A stretch of DNA of 64,000 bases from Nageia nagi. Taxonomy: Eukaryota; Plantae; Pinophyta. Position numbers and translations under genes: made by a program. Location of the stretch: the NCBI GenBank assembly GCA_050084985.1, contig JBITNC010000002.1, forward strand, positions 11,904,001-11,968,000, read 5' to 3'. Positions 47,664 through 63,404 of this stretch are shown here, one piece after another (position 1 is the stretch's first letter; every line of letters starts with the position of its first letter). Below the pieces are notes generated by a model. The model did no database searches, was not told where the DNA came from, and worked only from the letters and a program-made list of their open reading frames with translations.

Positions 47664-50600
47664 TGTAAACACTACAAAATCATATTTTTATCTTACAACA
47701 GTATTTTATAATATCATAGCATATCATGTCATACTAACTTGTGATGCAATATTTTTATGTAGCTCAGTGATTGTATTTAGGTGATAAGATTCCACTATCA
47801 CGTTTACCTATAATTTTTGGGTGTCCTTATCATAGGGCTCATTAGTTTATCCTTATCACATAATTTTATTTTTGCATTTTCATTCAAAAAAATTTAAAAT
47901 CTCTAAGTGCACCTATGGTCATCTAGATGACTTTTGATCATTTGGGCAACTGGCACTATCTCTCACAATCTTCCTTGTAGTGGATGATTTTGAAATAGAG
48001 TACTATAAAATAGAGTTTGCACTAGAAATTGTGTGATTATTGACTAAAACTAGAGCCTCCAAGTTGGTGCCTCATCTCTATGTATTCTCTAGTGTATTAG
48101 ATTGATTTGCTGGATGCATACTTAGGTTTCAATTTATGTATATTTCCATCAGTGAAAGCATGATTTATTCATCTTTGGTTGAAAGTGACTATTATCTACT
48201 TGAAGGGATTAAATTTCACTTTGTATTATCATTTTGTTGCATCCTCATTTTGCTTATTGTATTGAATTTAATCTCACACTCCTAAGATTGTGTCAAAGGA
48301 CATGGACTTCATTCCCACAACCCCACCCATACTCAAATTTTATCACCAACATGGGTGCCCCTATTCATGGCATCATCATATAGGGGGTACCTGTGACACC
48401 TTGTAAAATGTTCTACACCCCTAGAGATTGAGCCTTACCTTTTAAACACTTGAATATACTCATTATTAAAGAGAACTAAACAAGAGGCAAAGGAATCTAA
48501 AATCAACTATTATTAAAAATATAAAGTCTCAAATTGAACAAAGAAGAAAATAAAAAGATAATAAATTTTTTTTATCTATCACCATTGGTATCTTCATCAT
48601 ACGCACTTCTATCTTTTTGAAAAGAGCATGGCATAGGTTGTGTGAATTACATTTCATACATTAATAAGATTTTAAATAAAATTTAGGCTTGGTGCATGTT
48701 TACTTTTATTGCTTAGCACTATTACAATCTTGCACCTTTGCTTGCTTGTTTACTTCTTACATTGGGTCACTATATCGTACCTACACTACACACACACCAT
48801 GGATGAAATTCCTTGGTTCATACACATGGTAGAGACTAGAGGGCATAATTTAGAGTAAGAAAACATAAGCAATAGAAATAACATCATGATACAAATCATC
48901 TTCCTATATTACACTTAATATAAAACTAGTTACTGACACAAACCCTACTTCACTCGCCTAATATACAATCATTTCCTCCACCTTCACCTCACCTTTACTT
49001 CAATCAAAAGTTACAATGGTTGTGTAACTTGGATTCCACACCATATTAGGATAGGGTAGATCATGAGGTATACCTTCATGCTAGTAGTTCTTGTATAGGA
49101 GATTAACCTACTCAAGAGCAACCCATATCCCAATATGAGCTTTTCATGAGTGACCCCTTATTTTATACCTCAATTAAGGAGTTTCAAGATGCATAATATG
49201 TCCCATAACATCCTCCTAATAGAGCACATACAACTTCTAAGCTACCCATTGTAGAGGTAACCTATTTAGACATACCCTTACATGAATTAGAGGAGGTCCC
49301 ATCATTTAAGAACCCACATACATTTCTTATAGAGGATGTGCCTACATCAGAACAATTACAATCACAACATTTGCATTCCTCCTTGCATTATGTTATTGCA
49401 TTTAATCCTGATGAGACTCTTTGAGAAGATTTATTCTTTCCTCAAGCCACCTACCCATCCCATGTAAGTGTCTCCCATGATCCACCCCATTTGCATCCTA
49501 TACATGCCCCATTTAGTCCTCTAATAGGACATCTTAATAGTTCTTTTAGTCCTTCACATGTCCCCACTAATAGCCCTTCTTCATGAATATTGAGATTTAA
49601 TAGGTTCCAAAATTTCCTCAAGTTTCCTTGGTTGGACGATATACTACTTATCCAACACACCAACCAAGAACCCAATATAACTTGCCATCATTGTATGATC
49701 ATGATACCACACATTCCATCATTCAAAACCATACATATCATACTTCATCACTTTGTGTACCACCTTCCTATATACAACATCAGGTTCCACCTATAATGCA
49801 TGTAGGTCACATATCCCAATCACACCCAACCAATGCACCATCATAATCAAATTATTCCTCATCTTCTCATATGATGATGCCTCAAGGGAAAGTATACACA
49901 TAATGATTTTATGATCTTGCTCATGTATATGCTCGTGTCCAATCCCCCATACCTCATTATGATCCCATGTAGGATCAATCATCCTATCATATCCAAGCTA
50001 CTTCTATTGGAAAATCAAGATTTTAGATTCATCATGAATTACAAAATCAAACGACTAAAGGGTTCCTATCCAAAATAAAATAAAATTTTCACCAAAACTG
50101 ACTTTCACCACAAGCCAAACATATGATCAATCTTTTATGAAAAGTTAAGCACAATACTATGATTATCAAGATGACCAATATGATGATAAACTAATCAGTT
50201 ATGTACCCAATAAGTGAGTGGTCACAAGTACTCAACCTAAAAGTGTTAACGATTAAATTTAAAACATGTTGAAAGACTTGAAAATCAAGGTAAATGATCA
50301 TGGAAAAACTAAGTTATCTTACACTTTGATTTACAATGAATACATTCATCCAAGTGCACTTATTAAGAGCTTTCCATATAAATTTAAGATACCTAAAATA
50401 GAAAAATTTAGAGATAAGGAAGATCATAGAGAGAATTTGAGCCAATTCAAATATTTGTGTTACATCATAAGCAATGATGATGTTATTATTCTTAGGAATT
50501 TTCCTATAATGATTACGGGGCAAACCTTAGATTGGTACAACAACCTACCTCAACATAGTATACATTCTTTTGAATAATTGATTGACAAGTTTCTAAATCA

Positions 50601-53600
50601 CTTTGCAATCAATATCAGAAAGAGGGCATCAATCATGGATTTAGGAAAACTATCCTAGTTTGAAGATGAATGAGTATCAAATTATGTGTAGCGATGGAGA
50701 GCTTTAGTGAAAAAAAAAGCTTACACAATCCCTTAGGATGATATTATCAAACTCTTTTCTAAATCTTGAAACAAATCCATCTCTCAAATATTCAAAATAC
50801 AACAGCATCATACATTTTGAGGATGCCTTATCACAAGCCAAGTCGATTGAAGAAGCTAAGGTTTAATATGGTAAAATTAAGCTAAGAAAGAAAGAGAATA
50901 ATAATCAAAATATAACAATAATGGTGAAAATCCTAATACTTCTGATCAACAACCTTGTAACAATCAAGTCACTTGTTATGTTCATCAAACATAACTAATA
51001 TTACAATTGGCTCCACCAAGGCCACCTAGTGCCAATCCACAAGCTCAAATACAAACTCAATATTGACAAAATAATCATCAAGATAACCATTAAGGAAATT
51101 ATAGAGTTAGATAACCTCGATAACAAGGGAAATAATGGACATAAATACCATTAGCAGTGCCTATATAGAAAGTATTAAATAAACTCCTTGATGCACAATT
51201 AATTGTACTCCCTAAAATAAAATAAGAGGATAAAAACCAACTTGGTATAAGGATAATGAATATTGCACTTATTAAAAATAAAAGGGATATAAGATAAATA
51301 AGTATAATTAATTGAGAAATGTTATACAATGCCTGATTGACAATGGGCAAGTATCCATTGGAAATCCTATGACCTAACCTAATAGAAATTGATCCACTTC
51401 CAAGGCATGCTAATAATGTTAATCAAGTAGGATCTATTCACTCTAGTTATCGATAAGTAATACATGATAATGATCAATAACAATCTTATGATTTTATCTA
51501 CATCATTGATGTTGATATGGTAAATGTGATAACTCGATCTAGTAAGGGAAATGATAGAGTACCTCCTTCCAGGAATGCAAGGATCCAACAACCTCTACCA
51601 TAACTTAAGGTACGAATTCAAACATAGCTTCCATGACCAGTTATTACAATCAAGACACACTTTGAGCAATAATTAAGGACTACAAAAATAAAGTTATGAC
51701 TATGGGATTTGTTACAACAGTCAAAAGAACGTAGAGAGGCATTGAATGAGATCTTGAAGACTATATAGTTGTCAAGCGATAATTCAAATGCCTTTGGGGA
51801 TTTCATTAGGATAATACAAAATTGCACTATACCATCTCTCATTTTCTATCAAGATGAGAATATTCATTCTTTAATTAACAAAGTTGAACACCATGCATTA
51901 TATATTATATCATTTGTGAATGATCTCCCTTTCAAATGGTTGTTAGTTGATGATGGATCAACCATCAATATTATATAATCTATGGCACTACAATGACTTA
52001 AGATCCCTATCACTTATCTAAATGCACTCATACTTACCATATGAGTGTTTAATAACACATTGGATACTACAATGGGCACAATGGTACTTCTATTTAGAGT
52101 GGGTACTCAGTAAATCTCAACCACCTATTATGTAGTTGAAGGAGAAATGCAATACAATTTACTTTTGGGTAGGCCATGGATTATGGGTATGGAGTGTGTG
52201 TCATCTACCATACATGGATGCCTTAAGTATTTGAATGAGGGAATTATGCATTAATTAATGATGGATCCAAACCCCTTTAGTCATTGCAAATTCACTTTTA
52301 TTCTTGAGTCCCCTCCGAATCCTTGTGGGCATGTTTTGCTTATCATCATCCTTGTAAAAAATAATCTGCATCCACATCAACCTAGTTTGCAAGGACCTTC
52401 ATATTTGAATCATCCTTATGTTTAGGCACATGTCTCATAATAGTCATCATCTTCATCTCCATGAGATGTACCTCTCTTATACATCGGGATGGTAAGTCTC
52501 TGGAGGATTTTCCATGGGCTTCATCTAGTCTTCAGATCCTTACACATCTATAGAAATAATCCCCCATACTATCTTAATATTCCATCATTAGATAGTTTTC
52601 ATTCTTCTTCATGATGTTTGACATTAATCCCATTTTATAAAGATGGTCCCTCTTCCTTTCTGATTGATCAAGATTCTTATGATCAATATCAGGTTGACAA
52701 CATTGTGTAACCACCTTCTAATATCATCGAGTATGAGTGTGTTGGTAAGGGGGAATATCATATTAACAATGTTCATGTTAAAATTACTTCAATGTGAGAC
52801 TTGGGTATACATGATGAATTCCCACTTATTCTTAGCTACATCATCCCACTAGTTCATTATCCGAACCAATATTTATTTATCTACGTGGGCCATCTAGTCC
52901 TCATGCTTTTGAGTGTTCCATCCCAGTTGATTTCTTCCACGAGTTACCATGTGATCTTATCCTTGACATTGGTATGATTTTTTTTATGCTTCATGTCCAT
53001 TTTTCCCTCTACTTGATTGTGATTCATATATTGATATCAATCCTAAGTTCAGAAATTTCTCTTCATATTTGTCAAGTCCTTCTTTGGCTTATGATTTTGC
53101 CTCTTTGTTTTGTATTTGCATTGATGAAGCCTCTACATGTAATTTGACTACTCACATCAATAATATGGGAAAATATGATTATTTATATCTTCTTATATTT
53201 AAGAAATTAGAGGAAGGCTCAAAAATACATTTAGGGAACTTAGTTGAGATCAATATCACTTATGATCTAGAATATACCAAAATAGTATATGTAGGAATTA
53301 TTTTGATAGAATCAGAGAAAGAGAAAGCCACATTTTGAAAAGGTGTGCCAAGATATTTATCTTTATATATTAGAACATGTTAGGAATGGATCCTAATGTA
53401 TTCATCCATAACATTATCACACATCTTGATGCCAAATTAATCAAGCAGAAACTAAGGAAATTATATCCCTCCTAGTCACTCCATATCAAATAAGAGCTTC
53501 ATAAGTTATTAGATGATAAGTTTATCACTCATATAGACTATCCTAATTATTTCTCCAACATGTTCCCCATCGATAAGCTAGAGTATCATATAAGAATTTG

Positions 53601-55090
53601 TATAGATTTATGAGATCTCAACACAACTTATCCTAAGAATGATTTTTCGTTACCCAACATTGATGCTTTATTTGATAACTTAGCAGGATATGAGATGCTC
53701 TCCCTTATAGATGACTTCACAGGCTATAATCAAAATTGGGTTGCCCCACAAGATCAACATAAGATAATATTTTCTACACCATGGGGGATATTTTGCTATA
53801 AAGTAATACCTTTTGTACTTAAGAATATTCGTACAACATATCAAAGAGCCATGACATATTTTTTCATGACATGATGCATGATACTTAACAACCCTTTCCA
53901 AGCATTTATTTTTTATTTTTCATCATATTGGATCATATGAATGGTTTGGTATCATCCAAATGAGCTTGAAACCCTAATTGTTTGAATGATTTGCAAGTAG
54001 TTTGAATGATCAGGTCTATTGTAAATGTCACCCATTCTATCTCTTATCATTTTGCTATTTGTTGCTTATTTTTGTTAATTATTCAACTATTAGTTTTGGT
54101 CAAACCCTATAACACCTAACACCTTCCCCTTTGAGGGGGAGGGATTTACATATTTTATCATTTTTGTCAAAACTTTGTAAGTTTTTGTCAAGCTAGTCAT
54201 TAGCTTTCATCAAGGGTATCTTGAATTCATGATCAAAAAAATTGTATTATGAGTGTTCATTAGGTGTAATGGTTTAACATGATTGATTATAAATCAACAT
54301 GTTTAGACATCATCATGTTCAACATTAGCATTTTTCTTGTTCAAGTTTCATATGCCTTCATGCTATGGTCAAACACTTGGTAGGTCTACGAGTTTATGAT
54401 CAACATATCATTTTTTTCCCTTCAGCTGCTAGGGTAAAGAATATATCATTTATCATTTATTTCCCTATGGCTATTGGGGCAAAGCAGATATCATTTATTA
54501 TTTATTTCCCTATGGTTGTTGGGGAAAAGCAAAGCTATATTCCTTTCAACTGTTGGGGCAAAGTTGATATCATTTTTTTTCTTATTATCCTTTGACTGCT
54601 AGAGGCAAAGCAAAGATAATTTCTTTTTGGCATTTAGTTTAGTTTATATTAGATTTTTGTTTCTTGTTTCAATGAACATGTGATCCATTTTGACATTCTT
54701 ATTCTTGTCTACTATTGTGTGGCACTTTTACATTCTCAATCAATATCACTTTATGTTTGCTTTGGTCTTATAAAATACTATGTCTTGTGCTGAAACCAAA
54801 CTTGTTTGATGTTATGCTGGGCTTATACAATGCATCTATTATTGAAACAAGACCTATCATTAGCATTTATACTTACATATCATTATGATTTTCATTTATC
54901 AATTTAACATATTATGTATTTTGGTGAAAAGCTTATTGTAAGTTTTAAAGCTCAATGCAAAAATGGCCAACTATAAACACCATAAAATGAAATTTTTATC
55001 TTACGATGGTGTTTTATAGATATTTATGGTACTTATAATATCATATCAGATCATGTTGTACTAACTTGTGATGCAACATTTCTTGTAAGA
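47664..55090 (+). mobile_element. Decayed Ogre/Tat-like Ty3/gypsy element
   Basis: gag FPYKFKIPKIEKF..FPIMITGQTLDWYNNLP (50266-50577); protease LLVDDGSTINII and YNLLLGRPWI; RT KNDFSLPNID..AGYEMLSLIDDFTGYNQI..TPWGIFCYKVIPF, ending about 53890; 3'UTR tandem repeats 54400-54620; LTR-start homology between about 47664 and about 54972. Confidence 0.75.
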
Positions 55091-56513
55091 TAATTCAATA
55101 ATACTTTGGCATTTTTAACACTATTAACATTATATCACAGTCATCCAAATGATCTTGTAGGCTCACAATTGTTCAAACGATCTTGATTGGTTTGTTTATA
55201 AATATATGACATACAATCCATTTCTTGAGACTAATATCTCATTTTCACATGCACTTTTGTGAGATATGACACTTTGAGCACAAAATTCGAACTATGACAT
55301 CACTTTTGAAGAATAATTACTTGAGGTTTTACCATAGAGCTTCATCACATAACATTTAAACTCAATACCTCATCCCATTCATGATGGATTGAGATAATGG
55401 TATCCATTATTAGTTAGTTATGGCTAAAAATGGATTTATTGAGGTTATGGACAAATTTGGACTATATTTTAGATCTCCATCAACATCTTGTATCCTCCTT
55501 TATATATATATCATTATATGGCATTGTAGGAAAAAACCTTATCTATGTTTGAACCTAATATATGCTAATTAGAAATGAAACATATAATTTTTTTTTCTAT
55601 GGTCCATATTCCATGAAGCTATCATTAACCATTTTCATAAACTATTATTATTCAAAGTCTACTAAAATCAAATCAAAACTCCCAAAGATGATTATAACTT
55701 ATCTAAAAGTTATAGTAAGTATTAAATCCATCAAATTATTATATCATAATTTATATAGAGAACAATAAATAGTATGGTAGTAGTAAATTACTAATTTACC
55801 TAATAGTAATTCCAATTGCTACTTTACAAAATTGATCCCTTTTCATACTTATAAAGAAATTTTACTAATACTATCAAATTTTATCCAATATATCTTTTGT
55901 TTTAAGGTATCCATTAGAAGGTAATATCACTATTAGAATAGTTCTTATAATTTATATTATGGTGATAATAATTGGTCTCAATGAAAACATGGTGTTATTA
56001 AAATTTTACTCCTATTTAATTTAGTATATTCTACCATGTCTAGGAGTAAAACGCAGTAAAAATTATCATATAAATAATCTCATCAATAAACTCCTTATTA
56101 ACCACTTGTGCAATATATTTATTAGTTCATTCTACCAAAGGGAAATACAAAATTATATTACATGGGAATAAATCTCTATGATAAGGTGTTTAAAATGTCA
56201 AATAGGTCGTAAGCACAATTTTAAACATTCAAATCAAGTGTAACACAAGTGTCCTATGTATGCAAAGTTTAAACATAGTTTTGCAGCATCCATCACACAA
56301 GCTTACAACAATTTAAAATATAGATGCAATTATCTGATGTAAAGCCAAACTTTTTGGTCTTGTATGTGCGCATTAAACTCCCTAAAATATACGTCAAGTT
56401 CATGATTTAAAGTGTTCTACAATCTATTGGCAAGTTGAAAACATGAAGATCATAACTCGTAAATTAGAGAACAAACATGACTTCATGGAAACAATGTACA
56501 ATATACATAGTTT

Positions 56514-59500
56514 TGAAGGAATATAATATTTCTAGGTTGAATTCCTTTTAACATGAACAATCTCTTTGTGGTAACGGCTCCTAGTCAATTTGCATCAATG
56601 GCTCCTACTTCATGCTGTATTCACCCTCATAATATTCAATTCTTTTATAGGCATTTATTCAAGCTTTAATGCTCATAATATGATACTTTGATTTAAGGTA
56701 TTATCACCCATACTCTTTTACCTTTCAATAGATTTTTGTATTCATATCATATTTATTGGAGTCTTATATACTTCATTTCATTATTTCTATAAATAGGACT
56801 TTGCTTTTCTTTGTAATTGAGATACAAGAGATTATTCTAATGTTATGTTGTCAATTTCAACACTCATAATAGAAAATATTTTGTTTACTCTACAACTCTT
56901 TATTTTCATTCTCTTGATGTGATTGAGAGATTATGTATGACTCAACATCTTCATGTAAGCATCTTTAAGTTGGTTTGAGGTATTTCTTACTGTGTAGTTC
57001 ATATTTTTAGCTTTTAGGTGTTGGTCATATTCTTATTTTATGATGTTAGTCATGATATATTCTCGTTTGCATTCTTATTGCTATTTTTGGATCTCAGATA
57101 AGTCTGATAGTTTAAATTTTTTAATTCAGGTCTTCAATTTCATGACTTTCCTTATTGGAATCAAAGTCCAAACCAAATTTTGCTTCTTACACTAATTTGA
57201 ATTTATTTTTAGATTCTTTAAAGCCTTGGTGGACCTTCATCTTCAAGATAAAGTATGTTTCAGGCTTTTGAGATCTTTGCATGCTCACCAAATATATCTT
57301 CGTACTTTATCATATCGTACCATGCCCTATAGTGTCTAACAAAGCCTTATCGCATAGTGTTGATATCATCATACTTATCATGCAATACTTAGTCAATTTA
57401 TTGTTAAATATTGCACTTTCAAAGGTTCTTCAAGTGTTAATCGTGCCTTCCTACTATGTGTTGATATCATCACTCTTATCGCTCGATATTTAGTGCCTTA
57501 TTCCCTTACTAAACTTTTACCTAGCTTGTGCTAATATCATTTATCTTGCCACTTAATACTCAGTGTATTTATTGCTATATAATGCTTTGGAAATCTTATT
57601 ATTGATGTCAACTCTCCAAAAGTATGAAAATACCACTTTTCTTCCTTACTAGAATCTAGGAAAATACTTGCTAATGGTATTGCTTAAAATTCATGGTGTT
57701 TTTCTTATTTTCCCTACATCGCACTATACCAGCATTTATGCTTATATAATCAGTTTAAAAGTGCAACATTTCTCTATTTCCTCCTTGCCCTATATCACAA
57801 TAATTTACATACTAATTTCATCACTTCTAAAGTATGACTGTCTACCTTTTACTTCTCCTCCATAGCGATAATGCTCCTGCTGATGTCATTAACCTCAAAG
57901 TGAGGTAATTTGACTTTTGCACTTTTCCTAATCATAATAACTCTATTACTACATCTAATGACTCTATTTGACTATAGCTTATTATTTGTTGAACCATGAT
58001 AACTCAAATTCTTTAATTAGTATCAAAGTTGCTTCAATTTATTGGGTTTAATGGATCCAAAGAATGGAAATTCCCTTTAGTTGTTGATCCATGTGTTAAG
58101 TGGTGAACACTTTGAATATTAGAGCATCAAAATGAAAACTTTTCCCATTTCTTAATACTTGTGGATTCTTATCTCTTAGGGTTATACATAAGTAGATGCA
58201 AAGATATTTGTACTACTCATAGTAGATGAGAAAAAGGAGCTATAACACACCCAAAATAAGGATGCCAAATCTTTATTTGCATAACAAAGAAGGATAGATA
58301 TTTTAATCTTACCTAAGATATAGAATACAAAGTTTCAAAGGGTGCTTGGGATACACTCAAGTGTACCTACAAGGGTTCCATCAAGATCAAAGTAACCAAG
58401 TGGCAGATGTTCCAAAGAGACTTTAAATCTCTCAAAATGGATGGTGGTGAGATCATTGAGGTCTTCATTAACAAAGTTTAGAACCTAACCAATGCCATTC
58501 ATTGTCATGGTGATAATATTAATGGCATCTAGATTGTTGAAAAGGTTTTTATAAGCCTTCCCCAATGGTTTAATCTCATCACCTTTGCAATAGAGTATTC
58601 TAAGGACTTTTCCCAACTCCTATAACTCTTCTTCAAGAGGCTACAATAGAGGTTATGGTAATAAAGGCCATAAAGGTAGTTATGGTAGAGGAAGATATCG
58701 CTCAAAAGGCTGGGCAACTAGCATCAACTCAAGCTTAGACTTAGGAAATTATGACGTATGTGAAAAGGATGTTCATATTGAACAACATTGTCTCAAGAAA
58801 TAAAAATAGTAGAAATCAAACTTCACTAAAGATTTCGGTGATGTCAATTTATTTCTAAATCATAATAACTTTGAAGTGGTTGATAATCATATTTAGTACT
58901 TGTACAGTGGTTGTTCCAAATATATGACTAGAAATAAGAGCCTATTTATTAACCTTGAGGAGAGTATCATTGATAAAATCAGGTTTGATAACTATAATAA
59001 GGTTAGATGTATTATTGGTAAGGTTTTTATTACTTTTAAAGAAAATATTAACAAGATCATGAAAATGCATGACATATTATATGTTATGAGGCTAACACAT
59101 AATCTTCTCAATATATGTTAGATGTGCTTGAAAAACTACATGATAATTTTCAAGAAAAAGAGTTGCACCATCACAAATGAGACCAATCACCAAGTACTTG
59201 CCACTATTTTCATGATTGAGAATAGAATGTATATGCTTAGATTGTTTTTGACATCTATCAAATGCTTAAAATTAACTCTTGATCTAACATGGTTGTGGCA
59301 TAAGCAATTTGGCCATCTCAACTTCAACTCATTGCGAAGAATGCATAAGCTTGTGAGAGGTATGTTGACCTTCTTTAATCCATCATTCACTATGTGTGAG
59401 AGTTGCATTTATGGGAAAAAACATCATAATAAGTTTTTCACCCACCCACATCATGCTAAGGTAGTCCTAGAATTGGTGCATATTTACCTTTGCAACCTTA

Positions 59501-62500
59501 TGTAGACTCCCAGTATTGCCATGTGTAGGTATATGTTGATTTTTACTAATGATTATCCTATCATGAGTTGATTATACTTATTGTAGGCCAAATTTTATGC
59601 TTTCGACTGCTTCATCAAGTTTAAAGCATTGGTTAATACTTTTTCTAGTTATACTCAAAAGGATTTATGGACATATAGGGGTAATGAATTCCTTTCTAAT
59701 GACTTTAAGGATTATTGTAATAAGTATGGGATCATGCGATAATACACAACTACCTACACTCCTTGGCAAAATGACATTACAAAATAGAATAACAAAATGG
59801 TTGTTGAAATGGTACAATACATGCTAAAGGAAATTAGCCATTGTAATGGGAAGCTATCCATACTACTATTTATATCTTGAATCACTACCCAACTAAGGTT
59901 ATGTAGGATTCAACCCCTTATAAGGCTTGGTTTAACAAGAAACCAAGTATATCTCACTTGAGGATCTTTCACTCTACCTACTATATGCATATTCTTAGGA
60001 TTGATAGACAAAAATTGAAAGAAAAATCCATTAAGTATGTCTTTGTGGGATACTCAAATTCTAAAGCCTACAGGTTTTGCAATCTAATCTTCAGTAAGTT
60101 GCACATCAACTAGGATATGATTTTCAACAAAGGAAATGTTTATACTAAGGGCTCTAACACTTTTAACATTGTTTCTAAGTTTGTAGACATTCATTCCTCG
60201 AACCCAAAAAATTCCTAGTAGCCTTCCCACCTACAGCTACCCAACCTTGGTAACTCTCAAACCCCCAACAACTCCTTGTCATTTTAAGATGATGCTTGGA
60301 TGCGATCATCCATAATATTATATGTTGGATGATAATTTCACCAAAAAAGTGACTTGACAATAATCAAGGGGGTGATCAAAATACCAACTATGACTTGATG
60401 TCTTATTCCCTCCTTAAGCCCCCCAACTTTAAAGAAATAATAGCAAATGAAAATTAAAAAATGGAAATGGAAGATGAGATAGAGAAAATCCATATGATTA
60501 ACTCTTGGGAGCTTATCCCTCCTCCAAAGAATAAGAATATCATTATAATCAAATGGATCCACAAGCTAAAGTATAATGCTAATGCAAAAATTGCTAAACA
60601 CAAATCCTAATTGGTTTATGAGGGGTATGCCCAAAAACAATGCTTGGAATATGAAGATACATTCACACTTATTGCCCACCTTGAGATAGTTTGCTCTCTT
60701 CTTGCTTTAGCCTCTCATTTTAGTCTCACTATCTATCAAATGGATATCTTGACTCTACCGTCTTGAATGGAGACTTAGAATAATAAGTCTATGCCAATCA
60801 ACCTTAAGGGTTCACCATCATTGACCATGAGGATAAAGTGTACCAAATCAAGAAATTTCGTTATGGGATGAAGCAAGCCCCTCGTTCTTGGTATTCCTAG
60901 ATTGACACCTAATTCAATCAAAATGATTATTATAGGTGCCCCATAAAAGCCACATTATACACAAAGGTATCCATATCTGACTATATCATCATTTGTCTCT
61001 ATTTTGATGAATTATTTTTATGGGCTCATCTCCTTCCATGCTTTGACAGTTTAAGTCTTCCATGATTAATGAGTTTGAGATGAGTGATCCAAGTGACATG
61101 CACTATTTTCAGTATGCAAGTTCAATAGTTATTCAATGATATCTTCATCACTCAAACCAAATATATTAATGATATGTTTTCTAGGTTCTTCATGAAATAT
61201 TATAAACGTCTTGGTACCTTCACGGTTGTAGGTTGTAAATTAATGGAGTATTCTATTATACATATCACTTATTGGTAATATGATGTATCTCACAACTATC
61301 CAATTTGATATAATTTTTTTGTTAGTTTAGTTTCTATATTCATACATTCTCCTCATGAATCCCATTGTAAAGTTGCCAAAAGGATACTATGATACGTGTT
61401 CAACACTAAAGCCTTTGGTCTATGATATAAGTCTACTAACCCTAATACTTTAGAGGTATATAAAAATATTGATTGGGCTGAAAACCTTGATGATAAGAAG
61501 ATAACCTATGGATATGCCTTCTTCTTCAACAAATGTCTCATCTCATGGAGCAATAAGAAGTAAAAAAAAATTGCTCTTTACACTATAAAAAATGAATATA
61601 TAGTCACCTTCTCTACTTGCACCTAATCCATTTGTATGGCTTAATTATTTAAAGATGTAGGTATAGAACTTTCCCAACCCATTCCCATCCACCATGATAA
61701 CATCAACACCATTACCATGATTAAGAATATAGTGTTTCATAGCAAGTCTTGGTGAATGATGACTTCCTTGACTTCAAGTTTTGTCACACTAAAGACCAAC
61801 TTGCTAACATCTTCACCAAAGCATTATCGAAGGATCAATTACTCAATCTATATAATCGTATTGGAATTCAACCTATTCACGTTAAGGGGGGAATGAAGAA
61901 ATTTAATGTTCCTAGTTTGACTTAATTTTGAATTGAATAGTCTCTCCATACCAACATCTCTTAGTCACTCTATGTTAATGGATCCTACTCCATGCTTTGT
62001 TCATCCTTACAATATTTAATTCTTTTGCAAGAGTATAGTTGAGCTTTAATGCTCACAATTTGATCTTCTGATGCAAGACATATTCGCTCACACTCTCTGA
62101 TCTTTTAACAAATTTTTGTATACACATCAAATTTCTTGGAGTCTTTTATACTCCATTCTTTGGTTCTATGAATAGGATATTATTTTCCTTTATAATTGAT
62201 ACATAAGAGATTATTGTAATATTATGTTGTCACTTTTAACACTCATAATATAAAATATTTTATTTTCTATGTAACTCTTTATTTTCATTCTCCTCGTGTG
62301 ATTAGGTGATTATGTGTGTCTCGATGTCTTCATATAGGCATAGTTAAGTTGGTTTAAGGTATTTCTTACCATTAAGTCTAGATTTTAGCATCTAGGTATT
62401 AGTCATATTTTTGTTTTGTGCTTTTAGTTGTTAGATATTCTAGTTTGAATTCTTATTTCCATTTCTAGGTCTCATATAAGTTTGATTGCTTAAGTCTTTG

Positions 62501-63404
62501 ACTTAACTCTTAAGTTTCATGATTTTTCTTATTGGAATCATGTCCAAACTAAATTTCCCTTCTTGCACTAGTTTGAATCCATTTTTAGGACCTTTAAATC
62601 TTTGGTGTACCTCCATCTTCAAGATAAAATATTTTTTACACTTTCTAAGAGATTTCCTTGCTCATTAGATGCATGTTTGTGCTTTATCATGTTGTGCCAT
62701 ACCTTATAGTGTCTAACAAAACCTTATTATATCATGATTATGTTATTATTTGTGTCATCACTTTTGTTGTGTGACATTTAGTTAATTTTTTATTATGTTG
62801 TACCTTCAAAGGTTCTTCAAGTGTTAATCATGCCTTCCTACTCCATGTTGACATCATTGCTTACATCATCGCTCTCACCACCTAATATTTATGACCTTAT
62901 TCCCTTAGCAAACTTTTATGTTGATTTCATATATCTTATCGCTTGATAGTTAATGCATTTCTTACTGTGTTGTACTCTGATAATCTTATTGTTAATGTCA
63001 CCTCTCCAAAAGTTCAACACAACCATTTTTCTTCCTTACCATAGTTCAAGAAAATATTTGTTGATGTCATCACTTGAAAATTACAAAATTCTACCTATTT
63101 TTTCTATGTTTCACTATGATAACATTTATGTTGATATCATTCATGCAAAAGTGTGACATTGTTCTATTTCCTCCTAATGTCAAATCATGATAATTTACTT
63201 GTTAACACCATCATCTCTAAAGTGTGAAAGTTTTCCTTTTGCCTTTCTTGCATAGTGATAAAGCTCCTATTGATGTCATCATCCTAAAAGTATGGAAATT
63301 TGACTTTTACGTTGTTCCTAATCACAAAAACTCCATTCTTCCCTAGAATGACTCTGTTTGATCGTGACTTGCTCTTTTTTAACCAAAATAACTTAAATTC
63401 TACA
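56514..63404 (+). mobile_element. Full-length, heavily decayed Ty1/Copia element
   Basis: LTRs 56514-58015 and 61894-63404; perfect TSD AGTTT; PBS variant TAGTATCAAAGT at 58018; PPT AAGGGGGGAA; WLWHKQFGHLNF..CESCIYGKKH, integrase, RT and RNaseH (DQLANIFTKAL) remnants in Copia order. Confidence 0.9.
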
